A DNA stretch of 64,000 nt, taken from IMG/VR virus record IMGVR_UViG_3300025889_000079, one strand, 5' to 3'. A program made the translations under genes and the position numbers. How positions within the stretch are numbered: the first letter of the stretch is position 1; each line of letters begins with the position of its first letter. Under the pieces are notes generated by a model. That model made no database searches and was not told the origin of the DNA. It saw only the letters and a list, made by a program, of their open reading frames with translations. Of the stretch, positions 1 through 9,620 are shown piece after piece. Source of the DNA: an uncultured virus (IMG/VR IMGVR_UViG_3300025889_000079). Its lineage: Duplodnaviria > Heunggongvirae > Uroviricota > Caudoviricetes.

Positions 1-1
1 T

Positions 2-1075
2 AACGGACATAATATTCAAGGTGTTGCCAATGATAGTTTAATATCTACAAATCGTGCTAGTTTAGTATTAGTGTATGTAGATAGTACAAAAGGTTGGTTA
101 TATTGGGAAGAACATAATGTCGGTGAATTAGTTCCAACATTTATTACAGCAACTGGTGGTACAGTAACCACTTCAGGTGATTATAAAATTCACTCCTTTA
201 CAGGTGATGGTTGTTTTGTTATATGTTCAACAGCAAATGCTCAAGGCGGACCTAATGGTTTAGATATTGTAGTTGTTGCTGGTGGAGGCGCCGGCGGAGG
301 ATTTTATTTAGGATCAGGTGCTGGTGGCGGTGGTGCTGTTTATCAACCAGGTGTTACTGCTGTTGCTAGTACATATCCTGTAACTGTAGGTGGCGGAGGT
401 GCTGCTGCTTCTCCAGGAAATCCTGGTGATGGTGGTGCTGGTTCAAATTCCACTTTTTATTCTTTAACAGGTGTTGGTGGTGCTGGAGGTGTTAGTTCGT
501 TTCCTCAACCTGGAGGACCTTTTTGTGGTGCCAATGGAGGATCAGGAAGTGGTGGTTCACAAAACACAAATGAAATACCAGGTCCTTCTTATTCACCATA
601 TCCTGGAGGCACAGGTACTCAATCATCTCAACCAGGAAATTCAGGAACTTACGGCTATGGTAGTAATGGAGGAGCAAGTATAGGTCCTGTACCAGGTCCA
701 CAAGGAACACCTGCTATATCTGCTGGTGGTGGTGGAGGTGCTGGAGGAGTTGGTGGTAACGGAACAAATTATACAGGTGGCGCTATGGGTATAGGAATTG
801 GTCCACCAACAATACCTTGGATGCCAACAAGTTTAGGTGATTGTGGTTACTTTGCTGGTGGTGGAGGAGGAGGTGCTTGGTCTATTGGTGGTGCTTTATC
901 AGGTACAGCATTAGGTGGTGGCGGTAGAGGTATAAACAATGATGGACCAAATACAGGATTAGAAAACGCTGATGCTAACACTGGTGGAGGTGGAGGAGGT
1001 CTAGGAGGACCTACAAGTAGAACAGGCGGAACTGGTGGTAAAGGAATCGTTATAATACGATACAAATTTCAATAA
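2..1075 (+). CDS. Glycine-rich tail fibre/virion protein (5' end lies before the window)
   Basis: Frame is open from base 2 (NGHNIQGVANDSLISTNRASLVLVY...). Gly-rich body ending GGKGIVIIRYKFQ; paralog of the next gene. Confidence 0.75.
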   Translation, partial: NGHNIQGVANDSLISTNRASLVLVYVDSTKGWLYWEEHNVGELVPTFITATGGTVTTSGDYKIHSFTGDGCFVICSTANAQGGPNGLDIVVVAGGGAGGGFYLGSGAGGGGAVYQPGVTAVASTYPVTVGGGGAAASPGNPGDGGAGSNSTFYSLTGVGGAGGVSSFPQPGGPFCGANGGSGSGGSQNTNEIPGPSYSPYPGGTGTQSSQPGNSGTYGYGSNGGASIGPVPGPQGTPAISAGGGGGAGGVGGNGTNYTGGAMGIGIGPPTIPWMPTSLGDCGYFAGGGGGGAWSIGGALSGTALGGGGRGINNDGPNTGLENADANTGGGGGGLGGPTSRTGGTGGKGIVIIRYKFQ

Positions 1076-1083
1076 GGAAATGA

Positions 1084-1091
1084 TATAAATA
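1084..1091 (+). promoter_or_regulatory. T4-type late promoter TATAAATA
   Basis: Exact gp55 consensus 20 nt upstream of a structural gene. Confidence 0.75.
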
Positions 1092-1111
1092 GTAAGAAAG
1101 AGATTTAAGAT

Positions 1112-2560
1112 ATGGCAATTTCAAAAATAGGTTCAAAAGCACTTGTAGATTGTTCAGTAGCGGCTACAGATATCGCAGATGGTTCAATTACTGCTGCTAA
1201 ACTGGCAGGCTCTATTGCTAACGCTAAACTAGCAAATTCAAGTATAACAGTTAATGGAACATCTGTTTCTTTAGGTGCGTCAGGTTCTATACCTGCTGTG
1301 TCTTGGCAGTCTGTGATTACGGCTGACGGTTCAACGGCGACTTCTGCTGTTGCTGGTAATGGATATTTCATTGATACAACAAGTAACGCACATACCATTA
1401 ATCTTCCAGGTTCACCAAGTGCTGGTGATACGATTGCCATTAAAGATTACGCTGGTACATTTGGTACAAATAATCTTACCATAGGAAGAAACGGAAACAA
1501 TATTCAAGGTGTCGCTAACGACTCATTAATTAGTACAAACAGAGCAAGTATCATATTAGTTTATTCTGACGCAACCAAAGGTTGGTTATATACCGTTGAG
1601 TCCAATGTGGCTGATTTACAGAAATCTTTTTTTATCACTGCTACTGGTGGTACAGTTACAACTACAGGCGATTACAAAATTCATACATTTACAGGTGATG
1701 GTTGTTTTGTTGTTTCTTGTGCTGGTGGTATAGGTGTAGGTCCAAATACAGTTGATTATCTTGTAGTTGCTGGTGGAGGATCAGGTGGATCTTTAGGTGG
1801 TGGAGGTGGTGCTGGTGGTTATAGAGAATCACACTCAACTCCTGTATCAGGTTGTTATTCAGCAAGTCCATTAGCAAATCCTACAGGTTTAACTATTTCA
1901 GCAACAACTTATCCAATTACAGTTGGTGGTGGCGGCGCAGGAACTAATTCAGGTTATAGAGGAACCAGTGGTTCAAATTCAATATTTTCAACAATTACTT
2001 CAGCTGGCGGTGGTGCTGGTGGGGCTCATAATCCATCTCCAGCTCCTAACAATAGAGAAGGTCTTCCAGGTGGATCAGGTGGTGGTGGTGGGTTAAACTC
2101 TAATCCTACTTCACTTGCTGGAACAGGAAATACTCCACCAACAAGCCCACCTCAAGGAAATTCAGGTGGTGCTGGAAATAATTTTTCTCCAGGAGAAGCT
2201 GGCGGTGGTGGGGGAGGAGCTACAGCAGCAGGTACAGCTTCACAACCAGCAGCAGATGGAGGTCCAGGTGGTAATGGTGCGACAACAAGTATTTCAGGAA
2301 GTCCTACAACTTACGCTGGTGGTGGCGGTGGCGGAGGAAGAAGTGATCCCGCAGGAAGTCCAGGTAGTGTAGCTGGAACAGGAGGCACAGGCGGAGGTGG
2401 TAGCGGAATTGTCCCTGCTGGTACATCAAATCCAGGTACAGCAAATACTGGTGGTGGTGGCGGAGGTTCAGGATATAGTAATCCTCCAGGAACAGTTTCT
2501 ACTTCTACTGGTGGAAACGGTGGTAAAGGAATTGTGATTATACGATACAAATTTCAGTAA
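1112..2560 (+). CDS. Glycine-rich tail fibre/virion protein
   Basis: N-terminal fibre-like repeats (ITAAKLAGSIANAKL), ATGGTVTTTGDYKIHTFT motif, poly-Gly segments, C-terminal IVIIRYKFQ. Confidence 0.75.
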   Translation: MAISKIGSKALVDCSVAATDIADGSITAAKLAGSIANAKLANSSITVNGTSVSLGASGSIPAVSWQSVITADGSTATSAVAGNGYFIDTTSNAHTINLPGSPSAGDTIAIKDYAGTFGTNNLTIGRNGNNIQGVANDSLISTNRASIILVYSDATKGWLYTVESNVADLQKSFFITATGGTVTTTGDYKIHTFTGDGCFVVSCAGGIGVGPNTVDYLVVAGGGSGGSLGGGGGAGGYRESHSTPVSGCYSASPLANPTGLTISATTYPITVGGGGAGTNSGYRGTSGSNSIFSTITSAGGGAGGAHNPSPAPNNREGLPGGSGGGGGLNSNPTSLAGTGNTPPTSPPQGNSGGAGNNFSPGEAGGGGGGATAAGTASQPAADGGPGGNGATTSISGSPTTYAGGGGGGGRSDPAGSPGSVAGTGGTGGGGSGIVPAGTSNPGTANTGGGGGGSGYSNPPGTVSTSTGGNGGKGIVIIRYKFQ

Positions 2561-2610
2561 TTAAAACTATTATATATACTATATTATTTTGAAAACGAGG
2601 AACATATAAA

Positions 2611-3276
2611 ATGAATTTGAAAAATTACTATTACTATTTTCAATCAGCATTACCCCCACGTCTAGTAGATGATATACTAGCATATGGAAAACAACATCAA
2701 GCTGAAATGGCGGTGACAGGTGGGGTAACTAATAAAGTAAATAGTGGACAAAAATTATCTCAAAAAGATATTAAAAATATTCAAAAGAAACGTAATTCAG
2801 ATATTGTTTGGATGAACGATAGATGGATCTACAAAGAAGTACAACCATATTTAAATCAGGCAAACGAAGCTGCAGGTTGGAACTTTCAATGGGACTGGTC
2901 AGAGTCTTGTCAATTTACAAAATACGGTGTTGGTCAATACTATGGTTGGCATTGTGATAGTTGGGAAGAACCTTATCAAAGAAAACAAAATGATGATGGT
3001 ACTTGGCCACCAGATCACGGCAAAATTAGAAAACTGTCAATGACGATTTCATTATCTGATCCTAACGATTATGTTGGTGGTAATTTAGAGTTTGATTTTA
3101 GAAATCAAGTAGATTGGGAAAGAAATAAAAAAGCAAAGATTAAATCTTGTGACGAAATACGACCACGAGGTTCAATTATTGTCTTTCCTAGTTTTGTGTG
3201 GCATAGAGTGGCACCAGTAACAAGCGGAACTAGATACTCATTAGTAATGTGGAGTTTAGGATATCCGTTTAGATAA
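2611..3276 (+). CDS. 2OG-Fe(II) oxygenase (prolyl-4-hydroxylase-like)
   Basis: YGWHCD...RKLSMT...VFPSFVWHRVAPVTSGTRYSLV gives the HxD...H...R motif. Confidence 0.9.
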   Translation: MNLKNYYYYFQSALPPRLVDDILAYGKQHQAEMAVTGGVTNKVNSGQKLSQKDIKNIQKKRNSDIVWMNDRWIYKEVQPYLNQANEAAGWNFQWDWSESCQFTKYGVGQYYGWHCDSWEEPYQRKQNDDGTWPPDHGKIRKLSMTISLSDPNDYVGGNLEFDFRNQVDWERNKKAKIKSCDEIRPRGSIIVFPSFVWHRVAPVTSGTRYSLVMWSLGYPFR

Positions 3277-3318
3277 AAAGTCCATAAATAGATTATATGA
3301 TGAAAAGGAGAATATAAA

Positions 3319-4023
3319 ATGGCAGTAATGGCGAATAAAGATGTGATGAGAACAGATTGGTACTTTGGTACACCTGTGTATGTGATTGAGAAACCTGAAT
3401 GGTTACCAAGTGCAATTAAAGCAACAGATAAGTTTATAGACGCAGCTTATAAAAGAGAACAACCTAAACTTAAAGAACGAGAAAAGTTTTTAGGTAAAAA
3501 AGATTTCAAAAAAGTAAAAGATCACGGTTGGTCTTATCACTCAACACCGTTGAATGGTGACCCTGGTCTAAAAGAAATGGAATCTTATATTGGTCAAACT
3601 TCGTGGAATTTATTAGATGAATGGGGTTATGATATGAGTCAATATACAATGTTCTTTACAGAATTTTGGGTACAAGAGTTTGCCAAAGCAGGTGGGGGTC
3701 ATCACTCAACACACGTACATTGGGATAATCATATCTCTGGTTTTTACTTTTTAAAGTGTAGTGATAAAACATCATTTCCTGTATTCCACGATCCACGTGC
3801 TGGAGCGATGATGACAAAACTACCTCAAAAAGATAGAACAAAAGTAAGTCATATGTCAGACTCTATACATTATAGACCTAAACCAGGAACATTAATATTC
3901 TTTCCTTCATATGTAGCACACGAATATGCTGTAGATGATGGAGTAGAACCGTTTAGATTTATACATTTTAATCTACAAGCGGTAAGAAATATAATTGTAA
4001 ACGCAGCAAAAGGAATGAAATAA
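3319..4023 (+). CDS. Putative 2OG-Fe(II) oxygenase (phage HxH type)
   Basis: HSTHVH..ISGFYFL, FHDPR, LIFFPSYVAHEY, RFIHFN. Confidence 0.8.
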   Translation: MAVMANKDVMRTDWYFGTPVYVIEKPEWLPSAIKATDKFIDAAYKREQPKLKEREKFLGKKDFKKVKDHGWSYHSTPLNGDPGLKEMESYIGQTSWNLLDEWGYDMSQYTMFFTEFWVQEFAKAGGGHHSTHVHWDNHISGFYFLKCSDKTSFPVFHDPRAGAMMTKLPQKDRTKVSHMSDSIHYRPKPGTLIFFPSYVAHEYAVDDGVEPFRFIHFNLQAVRNIIVNAAKGMK

Positions 4024-4024
4024 T

Positions 4025-4708
4025 ATGAAAGCAAAATTTAAGAACAATCACTTTATAGTGATTAAAAATGCGATTGATCCTAAAGTTGCAGAATTTGTTT
4101 ACAACTACTTTTTAATGAAACGTCAAGTAGCCAGAACATTTTTTGACACACGATACATCTCGCCTTTTACAACCGAATGGGGAGTATGGAATGATGAACA
4201 AGTTCCTAATACTTATTCTCATTATGGTGACACAGCAATGGAAACATTATTACTTGCAGTTCAACCTAAAATGGAAAAAGAAACAGGTTTAAAACTAAAC
4301 CCTACTTATGCCTATGCACGTATCTATAAAACAGGAGATATATTACATAGACATAAAGATAGATTTAGTTGTGAAATTTCTACTACATTAAATCTAGGTG
4401 GCGATGAATGGCCAATCTATATTGAGAACAAAAAGAATGTAGGTATACCTGATGATTCAAAAGGTATCACTGCTGCTTCTTCAAATAAAGGTTCTAAAGT
4501 AATACTTAAACCTGGCGATATGTTAGTGTATAAAGGTATGATATTAGAACATTGGAGAGAACCGTTTGTTGGACAAGATTGCGCTCAAGTATTCTTACAT
4601 TACAATGATGTAAACTCTAAAACAGGTAATGCCGAACAAAATATGTTTGATGGAAGACCTCATCTAGGCCTGCCTCCATACTTCAAAGGAATGAAACTGA
4701 ATACCTAA
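4025..4708 (+). CDS. Putative 2OG-Fe(II) oxygenase
   Basis: ARIY..GDILHRHKDRFSCEIS...PGDMLVYKG..LEHWRE...QVFLHY. Confidence 0.75.
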   Translation: MKAKFKNNHFIVIKNAIDPKVAEFVYNYFLMKRQVARTFFDTRYISPFTTEWGVWNDEQVPNTYSHYGDTAMETLLLAVQPKMEKETGLKLNPTYAYARIYKTGDILHRHKDRFSCEISTTLNLGGDEWPIYIENKKNVGIPDDSKGITAASSNKGSKVILKPGDMLVYKGMILEHWREPFVGQDCAQVFLHYNDVNSKTGNAEQNMFDGRPHLGLPPYFKGMKLNT

Positions 4709-4729
4709 TAAATTCATAAATAGTTTATT

Positions 4730-5203
4730 ATGAGTATCAATGACAAAATAAATGAAGTGTTGGGAATACCTCCAGTAAAACAAGAAGATAAAAAACCTCT
4801 TGTTCCTAGAGTAGAAGATCCTAATAAAGCAGATATAGAAAACGATTACAAATATAGTAGAGAAAACTATTATAATTTAATTGAGCGTGGTCAGGACGCT
4901 ATACAAGGCATACTTGATATTGCACAAGAAAGTCAACACCCACGTGCTTATGAAGTTGCAGGTAATCTAATAAAACAAGTTGCTGATACCGTAGATAAAT
5001 TACAAGACTTACAAGGTAAGTTAAAAAATCTTAAAGATGTTCCTAACAAAGTTAATAATAATATTAAACAAGCATTATTTGTAGGTTCATCAGCAGAACT
5101 ACATAAAATATTAAAAAATAAAAATAAAAATGTAGTCAGTAAAGAAGATGAAAATTTTGAAAGCAAAAACATTACATCCAAAGAAACAGATTTTTCAGAT
5201 TAA
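4730..5203 (+). CDS. Terminase small subunit (gp16)
   Basis: DYKYSRENYYNLI...HPRAYEVAGNLIK...ALFVGSSAEL; upstream of gp17. Confidence 0.85.
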   Translation: MSINDKINEVLGIPPVKQEDKKPLVPRVEDPNKADIENDYKYSRENYYNLIERGQDAIQGILDIAQESQHPRAYEVAGNLIKQVADTVDKLQDLQGKLKNLKDVPNKVNNNIKQALFVGSSAELHKILKNKNKNVVSKEDENFESKNITSKETDFSD

Positions 5204-5432
5204 AGATTTGGCATATATGAATAAAAGACCTTGGCCGTCTTTATTAACAGGTGAAGAAATGAATGACCCTATTGAAATTATACAACATACTGTTTCTAAA
5301 ACGCCTAGAAAAGGTGCGAACGGCACGATTTATAAAGAAAAAAGATATTCTGTATTCAAAGGAAGTAGTAGAATTAATGCGGCTATACAATTAGGGTATG
5401 ACGCAATAGAAGGAATTATAGTCAATGAATAA
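5148..5432 (+). CDS. Hypothetical protein, degenerate ParB/Srx-like motif
   Basis: PIEI...YSVFKGSSRINAAIQLGYDAI resembles the ParB GxxRxxA..LG motif; overlaps both gp16 and gp17. Confidence 0.5.
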   Translation: MKILKAKTLHPKKQIFQIKDLAYMNKRPWPSLLTGEEMNDPIEIIQHTVSKTPRKGANGTIYKEKRYSVFKGSSRINAAIQLGYDAIEGIIVNE

Positions 5433-7068
5433 AGTAACAGAAGCGTATTTGGGTAATCCTAACTTATTCAAAGCAAATACAAAAATAGAATATACCGAAG
5501 AGCAAGTCCAAGAGATTGCAAAGTGTATGGAAGATCCTATTTACTTTATTAAGAATTATATTAAGATTGTAAACATTGATGAAGGACTTGTTCCTTTTGA
5601 TATGTATGAATTCCAAAAGAAAATGGTAGATACGTTTCATAAAAATCGTTTCTCTATTTGTAAACTACCAAGACAGTCAGGTAAGTCCACAACTATTATT
5701 TCTTATCTATTACATTATGTTATCTTTAATGATAACGTAAATGTTGCCATATTGGCAAACAAATCTACAACCGCAAGAGATTTATTAGGCAGACTTCAAT
5801 TGGCATATGAGAATTTACCTAAATGGTTACAACAAGGTATTTTAAATTGGAATAAAGGTTCTTTAGAATTAGAAAATGGTTCTAAAATAATGGCGGCCGC
5901 AACATCAAGTTCTGCGGTTCGAGGTGGTTCTTATAATATTATCTTCCTTGACGAGTTTGCGTTTATTCCTGCAAACATCGCTGAACAATTTTTTAGTTCA
6001 GTTTATCCTACTATTTCATCTGGTAAAACTTCTAAAGTTATGATTGTATCTACACCTCACGGAATGAATATGTTTTATAAACTTTGGAATGACGCATTAC
6101 ATAAACGAAACGATTATAAACCTATTGAAGTACATTGGAGTGAAGTACCAGGCAGAGATGAAAAATGGAAAGAAGAAACGATTAGAAATACAAGTGAGGC
6201 ACAATTTGCGACCGAGTTTGAATGTGAGTTTGTAGGATCTGTTGATACATTAATTAATCCTTCTCGTATTCGTATGTTGTCGCATATTAATCCTTTAGTG
6301 TCAAATGCTCATTTAGATGTGTACGAAAAACCAGTTAAAGGCCGTACTTACGTAGTAACTGTGGACGTTGCAAGAGGTACTGTAAAAGATTATTCTGCCT
6401 TTGTAGTATTAGACGCAACCAAAATACCTTATCGTATTGTTGCAAAGTTTAAAGACAATGAAATGAAACCTTTATTATTTCCTCATACCATAGATAAAGT
6501 GGCAAGAGAATATAACAATGCTTATATCTGTGTTGAGACCAATGATGTTGGTCATCAAGTTGCTGACGCATTACATTTTGAATTAGAATATCCTAATATC
6601 TTAATGTGTATGATGAAAGGTCGAGCAGGTCAAATATTAGGTGGGGGATTTTCTAAACGAGGAACACAATTAGGTGTTCGTATGACAAAACAAGTCAAAC
6701 GAATAGGTTGTGCAAACTTAAAGACACTTGTTGAAAGTGAGAAATTAATTATACAAGATTTTAATATTATAGAAGAATTATCAACTTTTGTAAGACGAGG
6801 GCAATCGTGGGAGGCCGAAGAAGGATCAAATGATGACTTGGTTATGTGTTTAGTGATATTTTGTTGGTTATCAAATCAAAGATATTTTAAAGAATTAACA
6901 AACCAAGACGTAAGAGCGCAGATGTATGCTGAACAAGCAAACGCACTAGAACAAGATATGGCGCCTTTTGGTTTCTTAAATGACGGTTTACAAGAAGAAG
7001 AACCCTTTAAAGATGAGTATGGAGAAGTATGGTCTCCTGTAACAGTAAGAAAGGGGGATCTTCTCTAA
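5425..7068 (+). CDS. Terminase large subunit (gp17)
   Basis: PRQSGKST Walker A, IFLDEFAF Walker B, nuclease VDVARG and DDLVM. Confidence 0.97.
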   Translation: MNKVTEAYLGNPNLFKANTKIEYTEEQVQEIAKCMEDPIYFIKNYIKIVNIDEGLVPFDMYEFQKKMVDTFHKNRFSICKLPRQSGKSTTIISYLLHYVIFNDNVNVAILANKSTTARDLLGRLQLAYENLPKWLQQGILNWNKGSLELENGSKIMAAATSSSAVRGGSYNIIFLDEFAFIPANIAEQFFSSVYPTISSGKTSKVMIVSTPHGMNMFYKLWNDALHKRNDYKPIEVHWSEVPGRDEKWKEETIRNTSEAQFATEFECEFVGSVDTLINPSRIRMLSHINPLVSNAHLDVYEKPVKGRTYVVTVDVARGTVKDYSAFVVLDATKIPYRIVAKFKDNEMKPLLFPHTIDKVAREYNNAYICVETNDVGHQVADALHFELEYPNILMCMMKGRAGQILGGGFSKRGTQLGVRMTKQVKRIGCANLKTLVESEKLIIQDFNIIEELSTFVRRGQSWEAEEGSNDDLVMCLVIFCWLSNQRYFKELTNQDVRAQMYAEQANALEQDMAPFGFLNDGLQEEEPFKDEYGEVWSPVTVRKGDLL

Positions 7069-7135
7069 ATTTCAATTATCATAAATAGATGTGAGATAAT
7101 TGATACTTTATTAGCTAATAAGGAGAACAACAAAT

Positions 7136-9043
7136 ATGGCATTTCAAGTTTCACCAGGTGTTCTCGTACAAGAGAAGGATCTAACTAACGTAATCCCAGC
7201 AGTTGCAACATCAATTGGTGCAATCGCAGGACAATTTAGTCAAGGTCCAGTAGATGAAATAGTTTCTATTTCGTCTGAAAAAGATTTAGTGGAGACTTTC
7301 GGCAAACCGAATAGTGATACTTTTGAGTATTTCTTTTCTGCTGCTAGTTTCTTACAATATGCTAATTCTTTAAGAGTTGTACGTGCAACAAACACAGGCT
7401 TACTTAATGCGACTGCTAATGGTTCAGGTCTATTAGTCAAAAACAATACTCACTATCAGGATAACTATGCTGATGGTTCAGGTAATGTTGGACTATGGGC
7501 TGCAAGATCAGGCGGTGCGTGGGGTAATGCTTTAAAGGTATCTGTTTGCCCAAGCTCAACTGTTTATGAAGAAACATCTAAAACCACAACACAAGATACT
7601 GATTCTGCTGTTGGAGATACTTCCATCGTAGTTCAATCTACTTCTGGTTTTACAATAGGTGATATTATAAACTTTGCTGAGTCTGGCGGATATGAATACC
7701 GAGTAACAGATATATCAGGACAAACTTTAACTTTCGTAAGACATCCTTCAGGAGTTGGCGGATTACATACTGCGGTTGCTAACGGCACAACTGTTAGAAG
7801 AAGATGGCAGTATTATGATTTAGTAGCTTCTGCTCCAGGAACTTCAACTTACGTTTCAGATAAAGGTGGTTCTAATGACGAATTACACGTAGTAGTAATA
7901 GATAGAACTGGCGGTATTACAGGTACTGCTAATACTGTATTAGAAGTTTATGATTCACTTTCAAAAGCTTCTGACGCAAAAACTCCACAAGGAGATACTA
8001 ATTACTATCCAGATGTAATTTACAATAAATCAGAATATGTTTATTGGATGGATCATAACGGATCAGGCGCTAATTGGGGAGATCCTGCATTAAATAAATC
8101 GTTTACTTCGGTAACGACTGTATCTAATGTTAATCTTTCAGGTGGTGTTGATGGTTCTGCTGTAACAACAGGAGAATTAAAAACTGCTTATGAAAAATTC
8201 CAAGACGCAGAAACAGTTGATGTTAATTTAATCATCGCTGGTAAAGGTGATGCTACTCACGTAGATAACCTAATTACAATTGCTGAAAATAGATTAGACG
8301 CAGTTGTATTTGCTTCACCAGAAAGATCAGATGTAGTTAACGTTGCTAATTCTGAAACACAAACAGTTAACGTAAAAGGTTTCTTTGATTCAATTAGATC
8401 ATCTTCATACGTAGTATTTGACTCTGGTTACAAATATACTTACGACAAGTATAATGATGTATTCAGATATGTACCACTAAACGGAGATGTTGCTGGATTG
8501 GCTGCAAGAACTGATTTAGTTGCTGACGCTTGGTACTCACCTGCAGGTTATAACCGAGGAGTATTAAGAGGAGTAGTTAAATTAGCTTACAATCCAACTA
8601 AAACTCAAAGAGATACATTATACAGAGCTAGAGTAAATCCAGTAGTAACTTTCCCTGGACAAGGCACAGTCTTGTTTGGAGATAAAACTGGTTTATCTAC
8701 TCCTAGTGCGTTTGATAGAATCAATGTAAGAAGATTGTTTATCACTTTAGAAAAAGCAATCTCTACTGCTTCTAAATTCCAACTATTTGAATTTAATGAT
8801 GAGTTTACAAGAGCTCAATTTAGATCAATCGTTGAACCATTTTTAAGAGATGTACAAGGCCGAAGAGGAATTACAGACTTTTTAGTAGTTTGTGATGACA
8901 CTAATAATACAGGCGATGTCATTGATAGAAATGAATTTAGAGCTGACATTTTTGTCAAACCTGCTAGATCAATCAACTTTATTACTCTACAATTCGTAGC
9001 AACTAGAACAGGTGTTGCTTTCGAAGAAGTGGTAGGAGCATAG
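7136..9043 (+). CDS. Tail sheath protein (gp18)
   Basis: MAFQVSPGVLVQEKD...WYSPAGYNRG...FDRINVRRLF...KPARSINFI. Confidence 0.97.
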   Translation: MAFQVSPGVLVQEKDLTNVIPAVATSIGAIAGQFSQGPVDEIVSISSEKDLVETFGKPNSDTFEYFFSAASFLQYANSLRVVRATNTGLLNATANGSGLLVKNNTHYQDNYADGSGNVGLWAARSGGAWGNALKVSVCPSSTVYEETSKTTTQDTDSAVGDTSIVVQSTSGFTIGDIINFAESGGYEYRVTDISGQTLTFVRHPSGVGGLHTAVANGTTVRRRWQYYDLVASAPGTSTYVSDKGGSNDELHVVVIDRTGGITGTANTVLEVYDSLSKASDAKTPQGDTNYYPDVIYNKSEYVYWMDHNGSGANWGDPALNKSFTSVTTVSNVNLSGGVDGSAVTTGELKTAYEKFQDAETVDVNLIIAGKGDATHVDNLITIAENRLDAVVFASPERSDVVNVANSETQTVNVKGFFDSIRSSSYVVFDSGYKYTYDKYNDVFRYVPLNGDVAGLAARTDLVADAWYSPAGYNRGVLRGVVKLAYNPTKTQRDTLYRARVNPVVTFPGQGTVLFGDKTGLSTPSAFDRINVRRLFITLEKAISTASKFQLFEFNDEFTRAQFRSIVEPFLRDVQGRRGITDFLVVCDDTNNTGDVIDRNEFRADIFVKPARSINFITLQFVATRTGVAFEEVVGA

Positions 9044-9053
9044 GAGAATAACA

Positions 9054-9581
9054 ATGCCAAATATTAACGATTTTAAATCGAAGTTAAGAGGCGGTGGTGC
9101 TCGTGCTAACCAGTTTAGAGTAACAATGCCTTTTCCTGGATTTGCAAGTGTTGGAGGAGAAACTGAAACAATGTCTTTCCTTTGTACAACTACAAGTCTA
9201 CCAGGAATGACGATCGGAGAGGTTGCTATACCATTTAGAGGAAGAGAACTTTATGTTGCAGGAGATAGAACTTTCGCAACTTGGACTACTACTATTCTAA
9301 ATGATACTGACTTCTTAATACGAAACGCATACGAAAGATGGTTAAATGGAATTAACAATATGTCGGATAACGAAGGACTTGTTAACCCAGCAGACTATCA
9401 AGTGGATGCTTTTGTAGACCAATTAGACAGAAATGGTAATATAATTAAATCGTACACTTTCAGAGGAATGTTTCCAACGACTTTAGATGATATTGCGTTG
9501 GACTATGGTACAAATAACGCTGTTGAAACGTTTACTGCTACACATAGATATCAATTCTTTGAAACAAATACGACTACTTAA
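9054..9581 (+). CDS. Tail tube protein (gp19)
   Basis: GGARANQF...FRGRELYVAGDRTF...WTTTILND; follows the sheath gene. Confidence 0.95.
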   Translation: MPNINDFKSKLRGGGARANQFRVTMPFPGFASVGGETETMSFLCTTTSLPGMTIGEVAIPFRGRELYVAGDRTFATWTTTILNDTDFLIRNAYERWLNGINNMSDNEGLVNPADYQVDAFVDQLDRNGNIIKSYTFRGMFPTTLDDIALDYGTNNAVETFTATHRYQFFETNTTT

Positions 9582-9620
9582 TACCCTTATAAGTATTAAG
9601 AAACAATTGAGGAATAAATT

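Noticed and set aside
270..2530. GGTGGT/GGAGGT repeats, and a diversity-generating retroelement reading of the paralog similarity
   Set aside because: The repeats are poly-Gly codons; no reverse transcriptase or adenine-specific TR/VR pair was seen.
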